Source of the DNA: Somniosus microcephalus
Taxonomy: Eukaryota
NCBI GenBank assembly: GCA_052327205.1
Contig: CM126209.1
Span: forward strand, 61,876,001-61,940,000
Direction of reading: 5' to 3'
DNA length: 64,000 nucleotides
Shown: positions 1 to 9,658 of the stretch, one piece after another
Numbering within the stretch: position 1 is the first letter of the stretch
Layout: each line of letters begins with the position of its first letter
The notes under the pieces: model-generated
Databases searched by the model: none
Seen by the model: only the letters and a program-made list of their open reading frames with translations
What the model was told of the DNA's origin: nothing
Position numbers and translations under genes: made by a program

Positions 1-305
1 CTTAGTAGAGGGGTCAATAACCAGGGGGCATAGTTTCAAGCTAAGGGGCAGGAGGTTTAGAGGGATTGGAGGAAAATCTTTTCACCCAGAGGGTGGTTGG
101 AATCTGGAACTCACTGCCTGAAAAGGGTGGTAGAGGCAGGAACCCTCAACATTCAAGAAGCATTTAAGCGAGCACTTGAAACACCATAGCATACAAGGCT
201 ACGGACCAAGTGCTGGAAAATGGAATTTGAATAGGCAGGGCTTGATGGCCAGCGCGGACATGATGGGCCAAAGGGCCTCTTTCTGTGCTGTATAACTATG
301 ACTCT
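1..305 (+). mobile_element. CR1-clade LINE 3' end fragment
   Basis: Degenerate CR1 ORF2 C-terminus (TRGHSFKLRGRRF..FTQRVVGIWNSLP), followed by the typical 3' tail gggcctctttctgtgctgtataactatgactct. Confidence 0.8.
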
Positions 306-988
306 AGTTAAGTAAATATAGTAAAAAAAGAGAATGGGAAAGGGGAGCAAATAAGAGACAGAATCAGATGTAAACTTAATTTAAAAAGCTATTCCAAGCA
401 TTTAAAGCATTCCTATTTCTGACATGCAAGTAGCTTTATTGATGTATCATTCAAGGGGAAGGGAGGGTTAGTCATCAGATCATGCGAGCAGAGAACAAAA
501 TAGCTGGCCTGGGGATGTGAAGACTCCTAGAGCTACCGAGTGTTAAATCTACCAATTAAAAGATACCACGGTCTGTTGCGCTTTTCATACTGCTTAAGTT
601 TTTAATCTTTAGCATAGAGGTTATTTTCTTTGGGTGAAAGAAGGGGGAACAACTACCTGCAAAATTAATTGCAAACCAGAGTACATTCATAGACATAATG
701 CACTTTAAGATGTGCAAGATTGCTAGACATGACATACTTTTATGAATCAGGACCCTGAGTGAATGCTGAAGTTAATTGTAACAAAGTGAGCTTACAATTC
801 ATTCTAATTTAGAGATCAAGCATTTCTAGCAGAAAGTGCTAGCTACTGGCAGACAGCTTAACTACAAGACAATGTAGCAGATACTGGCACTCCCATAATT
901 TCATGTAACATAGTGGTAGAAAAAAATCCAGTGTAACCACCTAAACCCTGAATATTGTCATCTCTTTGTATTCACTTTCCATACATAC

Positions 989-1045
989 ATGCAGTGATGA
1001 TGAAGTAGTCATTTTGACGACTGCTTTGGTCATACTGTCTACAAA
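989..1045 (-). CDS. MYOF: Myoferlin 57-nt cassette-type exon (FVDSMTKAVVKMTTSSSLH), positionally like mammalian MYOF exon 38a
   Basis: ttcag acceptor and gtatgt donor, phase 0-0, no stop codon; resembles the 19-aa insert CLSSMSTALSKMASPATVH as I recall it from mammalian MYOF. Confidence 0.7.
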
Positions 1046-1654
1046 CTGAAAGTTAGAACACAGTGTGAGTTCCATCTAGTGTGGGTTTGAAAAATTATAC
1101 TTTTACCCACGCCACTCACTCGACCAATATTAAAATTTCTCAAAACATTTCATCAGCCCTACTCATTACAGTTTGCACAGATTACATAATGGGCCTAGCA
1201 ACACAGCAAACATATGATCTGTAAAATAATAGAAATACATTATGCAATCCATAGCATACAAAAACAAACAAGAAATATAATAGAATCCAGGCCTCTATCA
1301 ACAGAGACCAGACTCAGGTCTGTATTGAAAATGTCTCAAGAGTTGGTATTCTAAACTCTTATCCAAATTTGTCAACAATTTGCAGCATGATTTACCTCGA
1401 GCTAGTCAGTGTTTGGATTGAACAGTACTTGTTCATGGATTAACCACCTTAAACAAATCACATCCTGTAGCATGCCATTAATTCATCTGTTCAATTCACA
1501 AACAGATGTTAATCCTGAGCAAGTTGTCTCCTCACAGAATATTTAAGTTACTTCTTTGGTTTTGTGAGGGGAAAAAATGTGATAGCAGGAAGTTCACTTA
1601 AATACCAAAGCTTTGAATGATTTTTCCTGTCACCAAAAAGATGGAGCACATTAC

Positions 1655-1728
1655 CTGCGATTCCAGGAGAGGCTTTTGGTTGTCTTCCACATCAATGACA
1701 CAATCACGAGCGCTTGAAAGTAGAGATG
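1655..1728 (-). CDS. MYOF: Myoferlin exon (ASLLSSARDCVIDVEDNQKPLLESQ)
   Basis: tgcag/gtaat splice sites, phase 1-0; similar to MYOF ASLLSAPPCRDIVIEMEDTKPLLASK. Confidence 0.85.
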
Positions 1729-2043
1729 CTGCATGAAATGAAGACTACATCAGCATACTAGCAATTTTAGAAATTAATAAAGGGTAATGCCATGAAAGTG
1801 TATCCAGACAAACAGAAAGTGAATACATTATTCAAAAAATTATATTGAGTTTAAAAAAAGAACATGACCCACAGAACAACTGTACTTCAAAAGTAATCCA
1901 TAGGTCTTAAAGCACTTTGGAACACAGAGTTTGTGAAAGGTGCTATATAAATCCAAGCTTGTTCTTTATACTGAAGCTAATTTTCTCATCAAGTGCATGA
2001 GGTTGCAATTCCTTGGAGGAAAAAAGTGTGTTTTGGAAAATAC

Positions 2044-2209
2044 CTTTTGATTGCATTCCACCAATCTGCTTTGCAGCATGTGGATCGATCCGATATTCTT
2101 GCAGAGAATGAATTGTACACTGTCCGACGACTGGTTTACGTCCAAACGGCCTGTGGTCAATTATCTTTATGACAATAGGAGGGGTGTACATTTCTTCTTT
2201 TGGAAGAAG
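2044..2209 (-). CDS. MYOF: Myoferlin exon (LLPKEEMYTPPIVIKIIDHRPFGRKPVVGQCTI...)
   Basis: ctag/gtat splice sites; conserved ferlin C2DE motif DHRxFGRKPVVGQC. Confidence 0.93.
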
Positions 2210-3739
2210 CTAGAACCAAGATCAGAAATAACAAGAGTATAGATAGTTTTCCAGGTTCATCCAGTTAAATAAATTTCATTAATTGATACCGTCACTTGCT
2301 ACAGCCCAAATTCACTCCGACATTGACCATTTTCAAGCACCAGATTGGAAATTATGTTCAAAATAAATTTTTGATGGTAAATTACCTTTCCTAGGCCTTC
2401 AGTGACATCTTACCTGCAGAACACTTGTGCAGATTTCATCTTCTGAAATCTTCACTGATGGACTGATTTCCAAATCTCATCCCCACCCCAGTATAAAAAC
2501 CACCAGTTATAGATTGTGAATTATTTAACCCCCTTCCTATTCTGTGTGGTAAACAACTATCACATTTATGAGATTCGAGATTTTAAACATTTCTCTTCAA
2601 CCTTTCTAAACAATTAGAATTCCCAAGTTACTATGCCCAGTGAGCTAATCGAGGAAAAGACCCTTTGTTTAAACCTTGGATAGAGTGTGAAATTCCTTGA
2701 TCAGTTTAGTGAAAAAGTCAATCATTTTGTACCCATTTCAACTGTCGTTAAAAACGATCAAAAGTAGAAATTCTACCTCAATAGTTTTCAGCTGCCTCCC
2801 AAGAAGTACATTACCCAGGGGTATACTGGACATATGGCTATTGCGATAGGTATTTTGCAATGCCTAGTAACAGGTTAATCTTGCCAGAGTATATTTTATT
2901 ATAGCTAATAAAAAGGCTCAAGTGCTGTCCATAGAAATGGTTTTGTTGAACACTTAAAATATTAAAGTTAGTGCTCATCGCATCATTTATGCCAAGTTTA
3001 TACTGCACAAAATTATGCTCATTGACATTAGAAGTCATTTTATTAGTGGCATACTGACAAATGTGATAGTGGAAACCCCAAGCTTAAACCATTATATAGA
3101 GTTAGTCTATTCCAGCTTGTGCATAGAACTGTGCCAGTGTGAAGTCCAAACCATTGAGTTTTGTGCTCATTCTAGAACGATGCAGGAGAAGTATTGCAAT
3201 CTAGAGGAAACTGTTATATCCGGCACTGACGGGACTGAGCTGTTGCCGATCTATCAAAACTGCCGGACATACCAGCGTTAATGTTGAAGCATACGGAGGT
3301 TTTCATCTCCGTATCTGACAACAAACACTGTTGCTTAGCAACAGCTTCAAACAGTCGGCCCATACCTTGGAAGCATCTCTGTAGCTTAGCAACAGCTTCA
3401 GAGAGACTTTCCAGAGCCGGACTGTTGGGGGGGGAAAAAAAAGCCACGAGAAGGAAAAAAATCTAACAAAACGGCTCCTGATTTCTGCCAGTAGGTTGAG
3501 GTTTCCAGACATACAACCTCGGATAAACCAAGGTCTCCTGTGTTGTAATTTTATGTAGAGATGACAGTACATCAATGTTCCAATTAAATATTTCACAAAT
3601 CTTGTTGTGTTACTGGAATTCAGTTGGTCCACTATCCCTTTGCATTACATGCAGTAAAAAAGTCAAACAGTACCAATTCAACTATTTAAGGGGGATCTAC
3701 TGCATGGTGTCCTTGGTGATTCAGTATTCAAATACATAC

Positions 3740-3901
3740 CACTTTCATAAAGAGAACAGAGCTGGGAAAGTTCGGACATTTCTTAAGGCTCTTGATCACG
3801 GCCGATTCTAAATACTCGCCACCGCACTCCACAATAAGACTTGGGGAAGCAACAGCAGCCAGCTGGTAGCTCTTCATGTTCCGCAATCCCCATGTTAGGA
3901 T
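3740..3901 (-). CDS. MYOF: Myoferlin exon ([28 protein letters not shown]...[12 protein letters not shown])
   Basis: cag/gtatg splice sites, 162 nt; ferlin WGLRNMK motif. Confidence 0.93.
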
Positions 3902-5088
3902 CTGTAACAACACTTCAGTTAAATAATCTGCTCAACACTTCGATTAATGAACCCATTCACTCAGCCTTTAGTTTGAATGAGATGGTATAACTAGTTATTT
4001 CAGCAAATAGGCTACAAAATATAAAATTAATTTTGCTGTATTAATAATTTTATTACTGGGTAAAACAGACAGCAACTTTCCATGCATGTGCAGTTAAATG
4101 TGCAAATCCAGAAGTTCCAGTCAGTGATATCCTGTTTGCAGATTCCATCGATGGAATCTGCAGAGATTACCGTCACGGCGTGAACTTGGGTGAATTACCC
4201 ACTATTCTCACTTTAAAAACTACTGAAAAAGTTTGAATAAGCCCCATCAGGGGTTACTGACTTTTTAAATGGTGTAGTAAGTGATAATTACTGCTGAACA
4301 ACCTCTCCAACAAGTGTGGAGTCTCCTTTACAAAAGAAAGTTAATGTTGCAGAGTTTTTTAAAATTTAATTTTAATGTAGTTTTCCTCTCATGTATTTCC
4401 TTTAATCCCATGTGTATGTCCCAATCTTCATTTCGTTTCCTGTGCAATGATTTAAATGCAATTTATATTTTATTTTATTTTATTTTTTTTAAATTTCCTG
4501 CTTTGCTGTCTGTGTGTGTCAGTGAGGATTCTTCAATCTGATTGGTTGAACAGTTTCCCTGCTGCTGATCCTGCTCACAAACCCCCTGTAGAGGGCACTG
4601 AATTCAAAATGGATGCCGGAAGAGAGGACTTCTCCGCTGACCAAGGCCACTAAAAGTCTGTGGGCAACTGTACGCGAGGTGAATGGTGGAAGCGGTTCCT
4701 TTGCTGCTTACAGCAAAATCTGGGCCATAGCCAATTTAGTAACAGAAAAAATTCTGTGCATCAAAACACAATGATTAGTGAAATGTGTCCAGAAATGATT
4801 TCTGAACATTTGAAAATTCAAACACATCTCCTTTCAAGCAGCAAATGAACAATGTTGGCACATATGAAAACTGTTCCAATACTTACAAAATTTTACACTG
4901 AATGAATCGCTGCCAATTTTGTCTCTAAAGTAGCAAAAAGTCTGGACTTGAGTAGAACAATATTAAAGATAAATTAAATACACATTAGCAGCACACTAGT
5001 AAAAGTAACAGTGACTTGTGCCTCTTGAAAAACCAAGCAAACACACACCAATGCAGAGTAAAAATGACACAGGAGAAATGAGACTCAC

Positions 5089-5190
5089 CTCAATTGCAGT
5101 AAGCTGCACTACTGGTCTGATGCCCTGTGGCACCATGTACAGTACACCTGACCGGACTGCAGGAAGAATTGGCAAATTAGACCCATCAGG
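5089..5190 (-). CDS. MYOF: Myoferlin exon (PDGSNLPILPAVRSGVLYMVPQGIRPVVQLTAIE)
   Basis: cag/gtgagt splice sites, 102 nt, in frame. Confidence 0.93.
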
Positions 5191-5440
5191 CTGTTGGAAT
5201 GAAAGAAAAAAAAGTTCACAAAAATATTAAGAGTACAAACAGTACTATTAGAGTAAAAGGATTGCAGCGTTTAAGATTGCAGCTTTGAAAAATCATTTTG
5301 CCATAACAAGACAGTCAGATTTTTAAAAAAACAGTAATTTTCTCAGATTGAGGCCAAGAAAACAGGGCCAGGCATGTGGGGAAGGCCTGCTGAGGAAGGC
5401 AAGCAGCAGATAAGGACCAAAGCCAGTCAGGAGATCTGGA

Positions 5441-5537
5441 GGGACGAAGGGTCATCGACCTGAAATGTTAACTGTGTCTCTCTCTCTGCAGATGCTACTT
5501 GACCTGCTGAGTATTTCCAGCATTTTCTGTTTTTATT
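5441..5537 (+). mobile_element. Penelope-like pseudo-LTR fragment with a decayed hammerhead motif
   Basis: gacgaagggtcatcgacctgaaatgttaac...gatgctacttgacctgctgagtatttccagcattttctgtttttatt resembles a common elasmobranch Penelope LTR tail; CTGA of the core reads GGGA. Confidence 0.55.
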
Positions 5538-5961
5538 ATAGGATACCTGGCAGCTTCAGCTTAGGTGGTCGAGGGGCTGTGAGGGAAAAGGCCAGCAGGC
5601 CAGGTAGTGAAGGTACTCCCGAACCTGCCAACAGATTTTAGAATGGCAAGGTAGAAATTGTAACTTGGTGGGCCATTTGTGCAGATTAAAGGGGGAGGGG
5701 AAATGGGCAGAAATTTCCCATGTATCTAATTACTGATCAAACAGTATAAACACAACCAGTCAAAGCTCAGACACAAGTCTGCAGATGAAAAACAAGATAT
5801 AAATAGGTAAGCAATATTTCTAGCTCATTAACATTAACAATGTAAAGAGACAAAGCTACAGCATGTATTTATTTCATGTGCAAAACACATTACAATCAGA
5901 GCTGGAGAAAAATTTCATCTTATTGTAGTAGCAAAGTGCAAAGATACATCAATATATTTAC

Positions 5962-6120
5962 TTTATCTTTCAATATTAGTTCAGCAGCAACCAGGAGCTC
6001 CCCACATTTCTTTGTTCCATTCATTATTGGGTACCAGATGAGCCTGGGTGTCATATCGGTTTTTGGATTCAGCTTCACCATCGGAGGACAGATACATCTG
6101 CCCAAAAATTCATCTTTTCC
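5962..6120 (-). CDS. MYOF: Myoferlin exon, C2D (GKDEFLGRCICPPMVKLNP...GELLVAAELILKDK)
   Basis: cag/gtaaat splice sites, 159 nt. Confidence 0.93.
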
Positions 6121-6215
6121 CTGGGCAAACAACAAGTTAACAAATTTAACATCTTCCACTTTTCCTCTACTGACAGGCAAAAACACAACAAAACCAAAAT
6201 TAAAGCAACACTTAC

Positions 6216-6397
6216 AACTTGGTCTTCATCATATATCTCAATCATCACATTCGGTGAATTTTTAATGATGTTTTCAGGGCTGCCGTAGATATCAATATCA
6301 TTGAAAATAAGGGTCTGGTCCCAGGTTGGGTTCAGAGTGGATTTTTTGACTTCGGTTGTCTTGCTTTGATGAAGAAATGAAACATGAGCGTATGGAT
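6216..6397 (-). CDS. MYOF: Myoferlin exon, C2D (DPYAHVSFLHQSKTTEVKKSTLNPTWDQTLIF...YDEDQV)
   Basis: cag/gtaag splice sites; C2 motifs DPY, TLNPTWDQ and YDxD. Confidence 0.95.
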
Positions 6398-7784
6398 CTG
6401 CAAAAATAAAAAGTATTGTTCAAAAACACTTCAGGGGAGATTGTGCAGTCCAGTACTCCGAGCAAAGACCAGTGCACATAGGGATTGAAGTTTGGGAAAC
6501 CGGGGAAGAGGTGCAGCTTGTGATAATTGTAATGGATTGATTGGAAAATCACAACCCGTATCTCCGCTGCTTCCCAAGCTGCATGCCCCTAGAGTGCTAG
6601 ATTGAAGAATCACCCCTATTGAGGAGAAGCCAACATAAAAGCTGAAGTTTTTTTTAATCATATTCCATTAAAAGCAAAAGTGCAACTCATGCAATAGAAT
6701 GACTGGAATCAAAATGAACAGCTACACAATTGAATCGGTTCAGATTTCAAAACAAGAGCAATCTTGAATGATTTACAACTATATTAAATTGATGCCTGCA
6801 ATTGTCTGGAGCTTATTGCTAACCTTTTATACAATGCTACACCCCTTCATTCACTGCCCCTCCTCATTGGAAGGCTGCCGATTGCAGTTGAAGCACAACA
6901 ATTGGTCTCCGCACCTCTGAGCTAGGAAGAGTGCAGGGCAAGGGCGAACAAAAAAACAAGGCTCTCGGTCCCGATTGCTATCCAGTGACTCGTGTTACCA
7001 GGTGCCTTTGTGCAGAAGTCGAGTGAGGACAGGGTCATGCTTGGCTGGGATATCCCCCTCGCCTCAGCAGTTAAAAGGCTTGCTGACAATTCACTGTCCC
7101 AGCTCACATGAAGAATGGTCACTTAGGCCAGATACCACACACTAGCACACACAACCTGGAAAACCCAAAAACTGACAACTCAAGCACAGTCCCAAGCATA
7201 AATCTGCGACGTTTCTTTAGAGTGTAGCGAGGCACAGGCTGGTCATAACTTCAGCTGCAGGTGTATGCAACACTCCAGTTATGTTGTGCAAGACAGAAAA
7301 ATTCAAGGGTTTTCCTGAAATGGTTTATAGAGTTCCTGAAATGACAAGAGGCACCCTCCCTCACCAGACTGAAATTCCCACCCACAGCGTGCGGTGACAT
7401 TCAATCCTGGAGGAACAGTAGATGGGAGTTGGATGTGCTACTGGGGCCTTTTGTTGTCTGCCAACACAAACAAGCAGATACTGCCCTCAAATGCTGACCA
7501 TTTGGTGAAAGACAAACAGTTGATATGCAGCATGAGTTAACACCTTCAGGACAAGCGAGGAGAAAGTTAGATGAACGGAGGGGAAAAAGGATGAGAGAAT
7601 TTGCAATTGCTATGGAGTTGCGCAATGTTTCTCCTCACAATACAGCCTTCCCTCAAAAATATCCCAAACTAATTTATAACAAAAGATATGCAGCTGGCTA
7701 GTAACTGTTGGCCTCCAGCATATACCGTCAAATACTTGGAGGAAGTTCATGACTTATAACTAACTATTTGGTACAGATGGACTG

Positions 7785-8016
7785 TGGGGTGTATGTAACC
7801 TGTTCCACCTTAAGAGAACTACCTTAAGAGATGTACTACTTTCTCTTGGCTGCTGTATACTGTAATACCGGTGGTGACCACACCGGTATATAAGTGTTGT
7901 GTAGGGATTTGCTGGGCAGTTCAGCCCTGACCTCCGAATAGTAAAGACCTGTTAAAAGTTATTCTTGTAGTCTGTGTCCAGTGATTGACCATAAGCATAA
8001 CTGGGACACAGACTCA
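7785..8016 (+). repeat. 5' LTR of the Gypsy element
   Basis: Near-identical to 12680-12912; contains TATATAA. Confidence 0.93.
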
Positions 8017-8020
8017 ACAG

Positions 8021-8030
8021 TGGCGACGAG
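8021..8030 (+). other. Primer binding site, probably tRNA-Ser(GCU)
   Basis: TGGCGACGAG just after the 5' LTR is complementary to the tRNA 3' end CUCGUCGCCA. Confidence 0.7.
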
Positions 8031-8689
8031 TCCGATCTTACCCTGCGGCAGTTTTACATCCAAGGCAGCTTCGTCCTCAGAACGGGCGTCAAGAGGAGGC
8101 ATCCGCCCTCATCATCCTGCTGAGCACAATCGCACGGGAGGAATCGAGAACCCGGGTTAAAAAGAAAAATTCTGACCACGAAGCCCTCCATCAACGACAG
8201 GCAGTGATCATCCCTTCTACCACGGTGGTGGGTAAGCCGATCAGCGACACAAGCAGAAAGTCGGCCGCGTTGGCTGTGGAGTAGGGGAGGGAAAACGGAG
8301 GAATAAGGGCGGAGAACTCTACCACAGCCGGTAAAAAGGGCCGGGCTGCAATCGAGGCCGAGGCGCGCAGCGACTGGGGCAGCTTAAGGCACGAGAGCCG
8401 CGGAGAACTCAAACGCAGCCGGTGTAAAGGACCGGGCTGCAAGGCAAAGCAGCGTCGGGGAATTGAGAACCGCTGGGGAGGCGAGAATGGCAGCAGCAAG
8501 GCAATCGCCATTGCAGCCAGCGGGGGAAGAAGGCAAACGCGGGAATCCGCCATTGTAGTCGGCGGGGGAAGAAGACGAGCGCGGGAAAGACCACCAAGCG
8601 CGGGAAGCCGCCATTTTAGTAGGCGGGGGAAGAAGACAAGCGCGGGAAGCCACCATTTTGAGAAAGAAAAATTTAAAAAACTTGCAAGG

Positions 8690-9658
8690 ATGCCTAAACA
8701 TGGGAACATTAATACCTTTGATAGCGATATCGAAGATTGGACCACGTATGTAGAACGCATGGAAGTTTATTGTAAAGCAAATAAGGTACCAGATGATGAG
8801 AAAGCACTAACCTTATTAAGCTCAATGGGTGCGAAGACATACGGGCTATTGAAGCACCTTCTATCACCAGATAAACCGGCGGATCAGACTTTCGCGAATA
8901 TTGTTACTGTCCTGAAAAATCATTTAAACCCCACGCCGCTGATGATAGCGGAACGATTTAAATTTTACAGAAGAACGCAGCTGAAAGACGAAAGCAACGC
9001 TGAATTTTTAACTGAACTGCGTAAGCTATCGAAGTACTGTCAGTTTGGAACAGGACTAGCAGATGCGCTGAGAGATAAATTTGTGTGTGGATTGTTAAAA
9101 GGAACACAAAAGCGACTGCTCGAGGAGAATGATCTTACGCTTGATAAAGCGGTCACTATTGCAGCATCGCAAGAAGCCGCAGCGAGAGGCACGGCGGAAA
9201 TGCAGCTACGGTCACCGGAACTCAGCACCAATCAAATGGTCTTGGGTACAGTAAAATGTTATCGTTGTGGAAAGACAACGCACGATCAGAACCAGTGCTG
9301 GTTCAAAAATCAGGAATGCAGAAAATGTGGCAGGCTTGGTCACATAGCTAAAGTATGCCGGTCAGGAAAGAAGACCAGCAACAAAAAGTCACCGCAGGAA
9401 AAGTACAGAAAGGTACACAAGGTGACAGAGAACAGTTCGAACGAACAGAAGTCAAATTCAGACTCCAGCAGTAATGAACTGGGTAGTCTAAGAGTACACA
9501 ATGTTGGTAAGGAAGCAGACCTCCAAATAATTTGGGTCACACTTCAGATAGCAGGAGTCCAAGTGAAGATGGAATTGGACACTGGATCGGCATTGACGGT
9601 CATGAATAAGCAAGATTACAAAAGGTTATTCCCCTACGGGATACGGAGATTGTATTGA
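8690..9658 (+). CDS. Gypsy Gag with two CCHC zinc knuckles plus the start of the aspartic protease
   Basis: CYRCGKTTHDQNQC, CRKCGRLGHIAKVC, LRDKFVCGL and MELDTGS motifs. Confidence 0.9.
   Translation: MPKHGNINTFDSDIEDWTTYVERMEVYCKANKVPDDEKALTLLSSMGAKTYGLLKHLLSPDKPADQTFANIVTVLKNHLNPTPLMIAERFKFYRRTQLKDESNAEFLTELRKLSKYCQFGTGLADALRDKFVCGLLKGTQKRLLEENDLTLDKAVTIAASQEAAARGTAEMQLRSPELSTNQMVLGTVKCYRCGKTTHDQNQCWFKNQECRKCGRLGHIAKVCRSGKKTSNKKSPQEKYRKVHKVTENSSNEQKSNSDSSSNELGSLRVHNVGKEADLQIIWVTLQIAGVQVKMELDTGSALTVMNKQDYKRLFPYGIRRLY

Noticed and set aside
8191-8760. 189-aa antisense ORF upstream of gag
   Set aside because: Low-complexity product of the GC-rich tandem repeats in the retrotransposon leader
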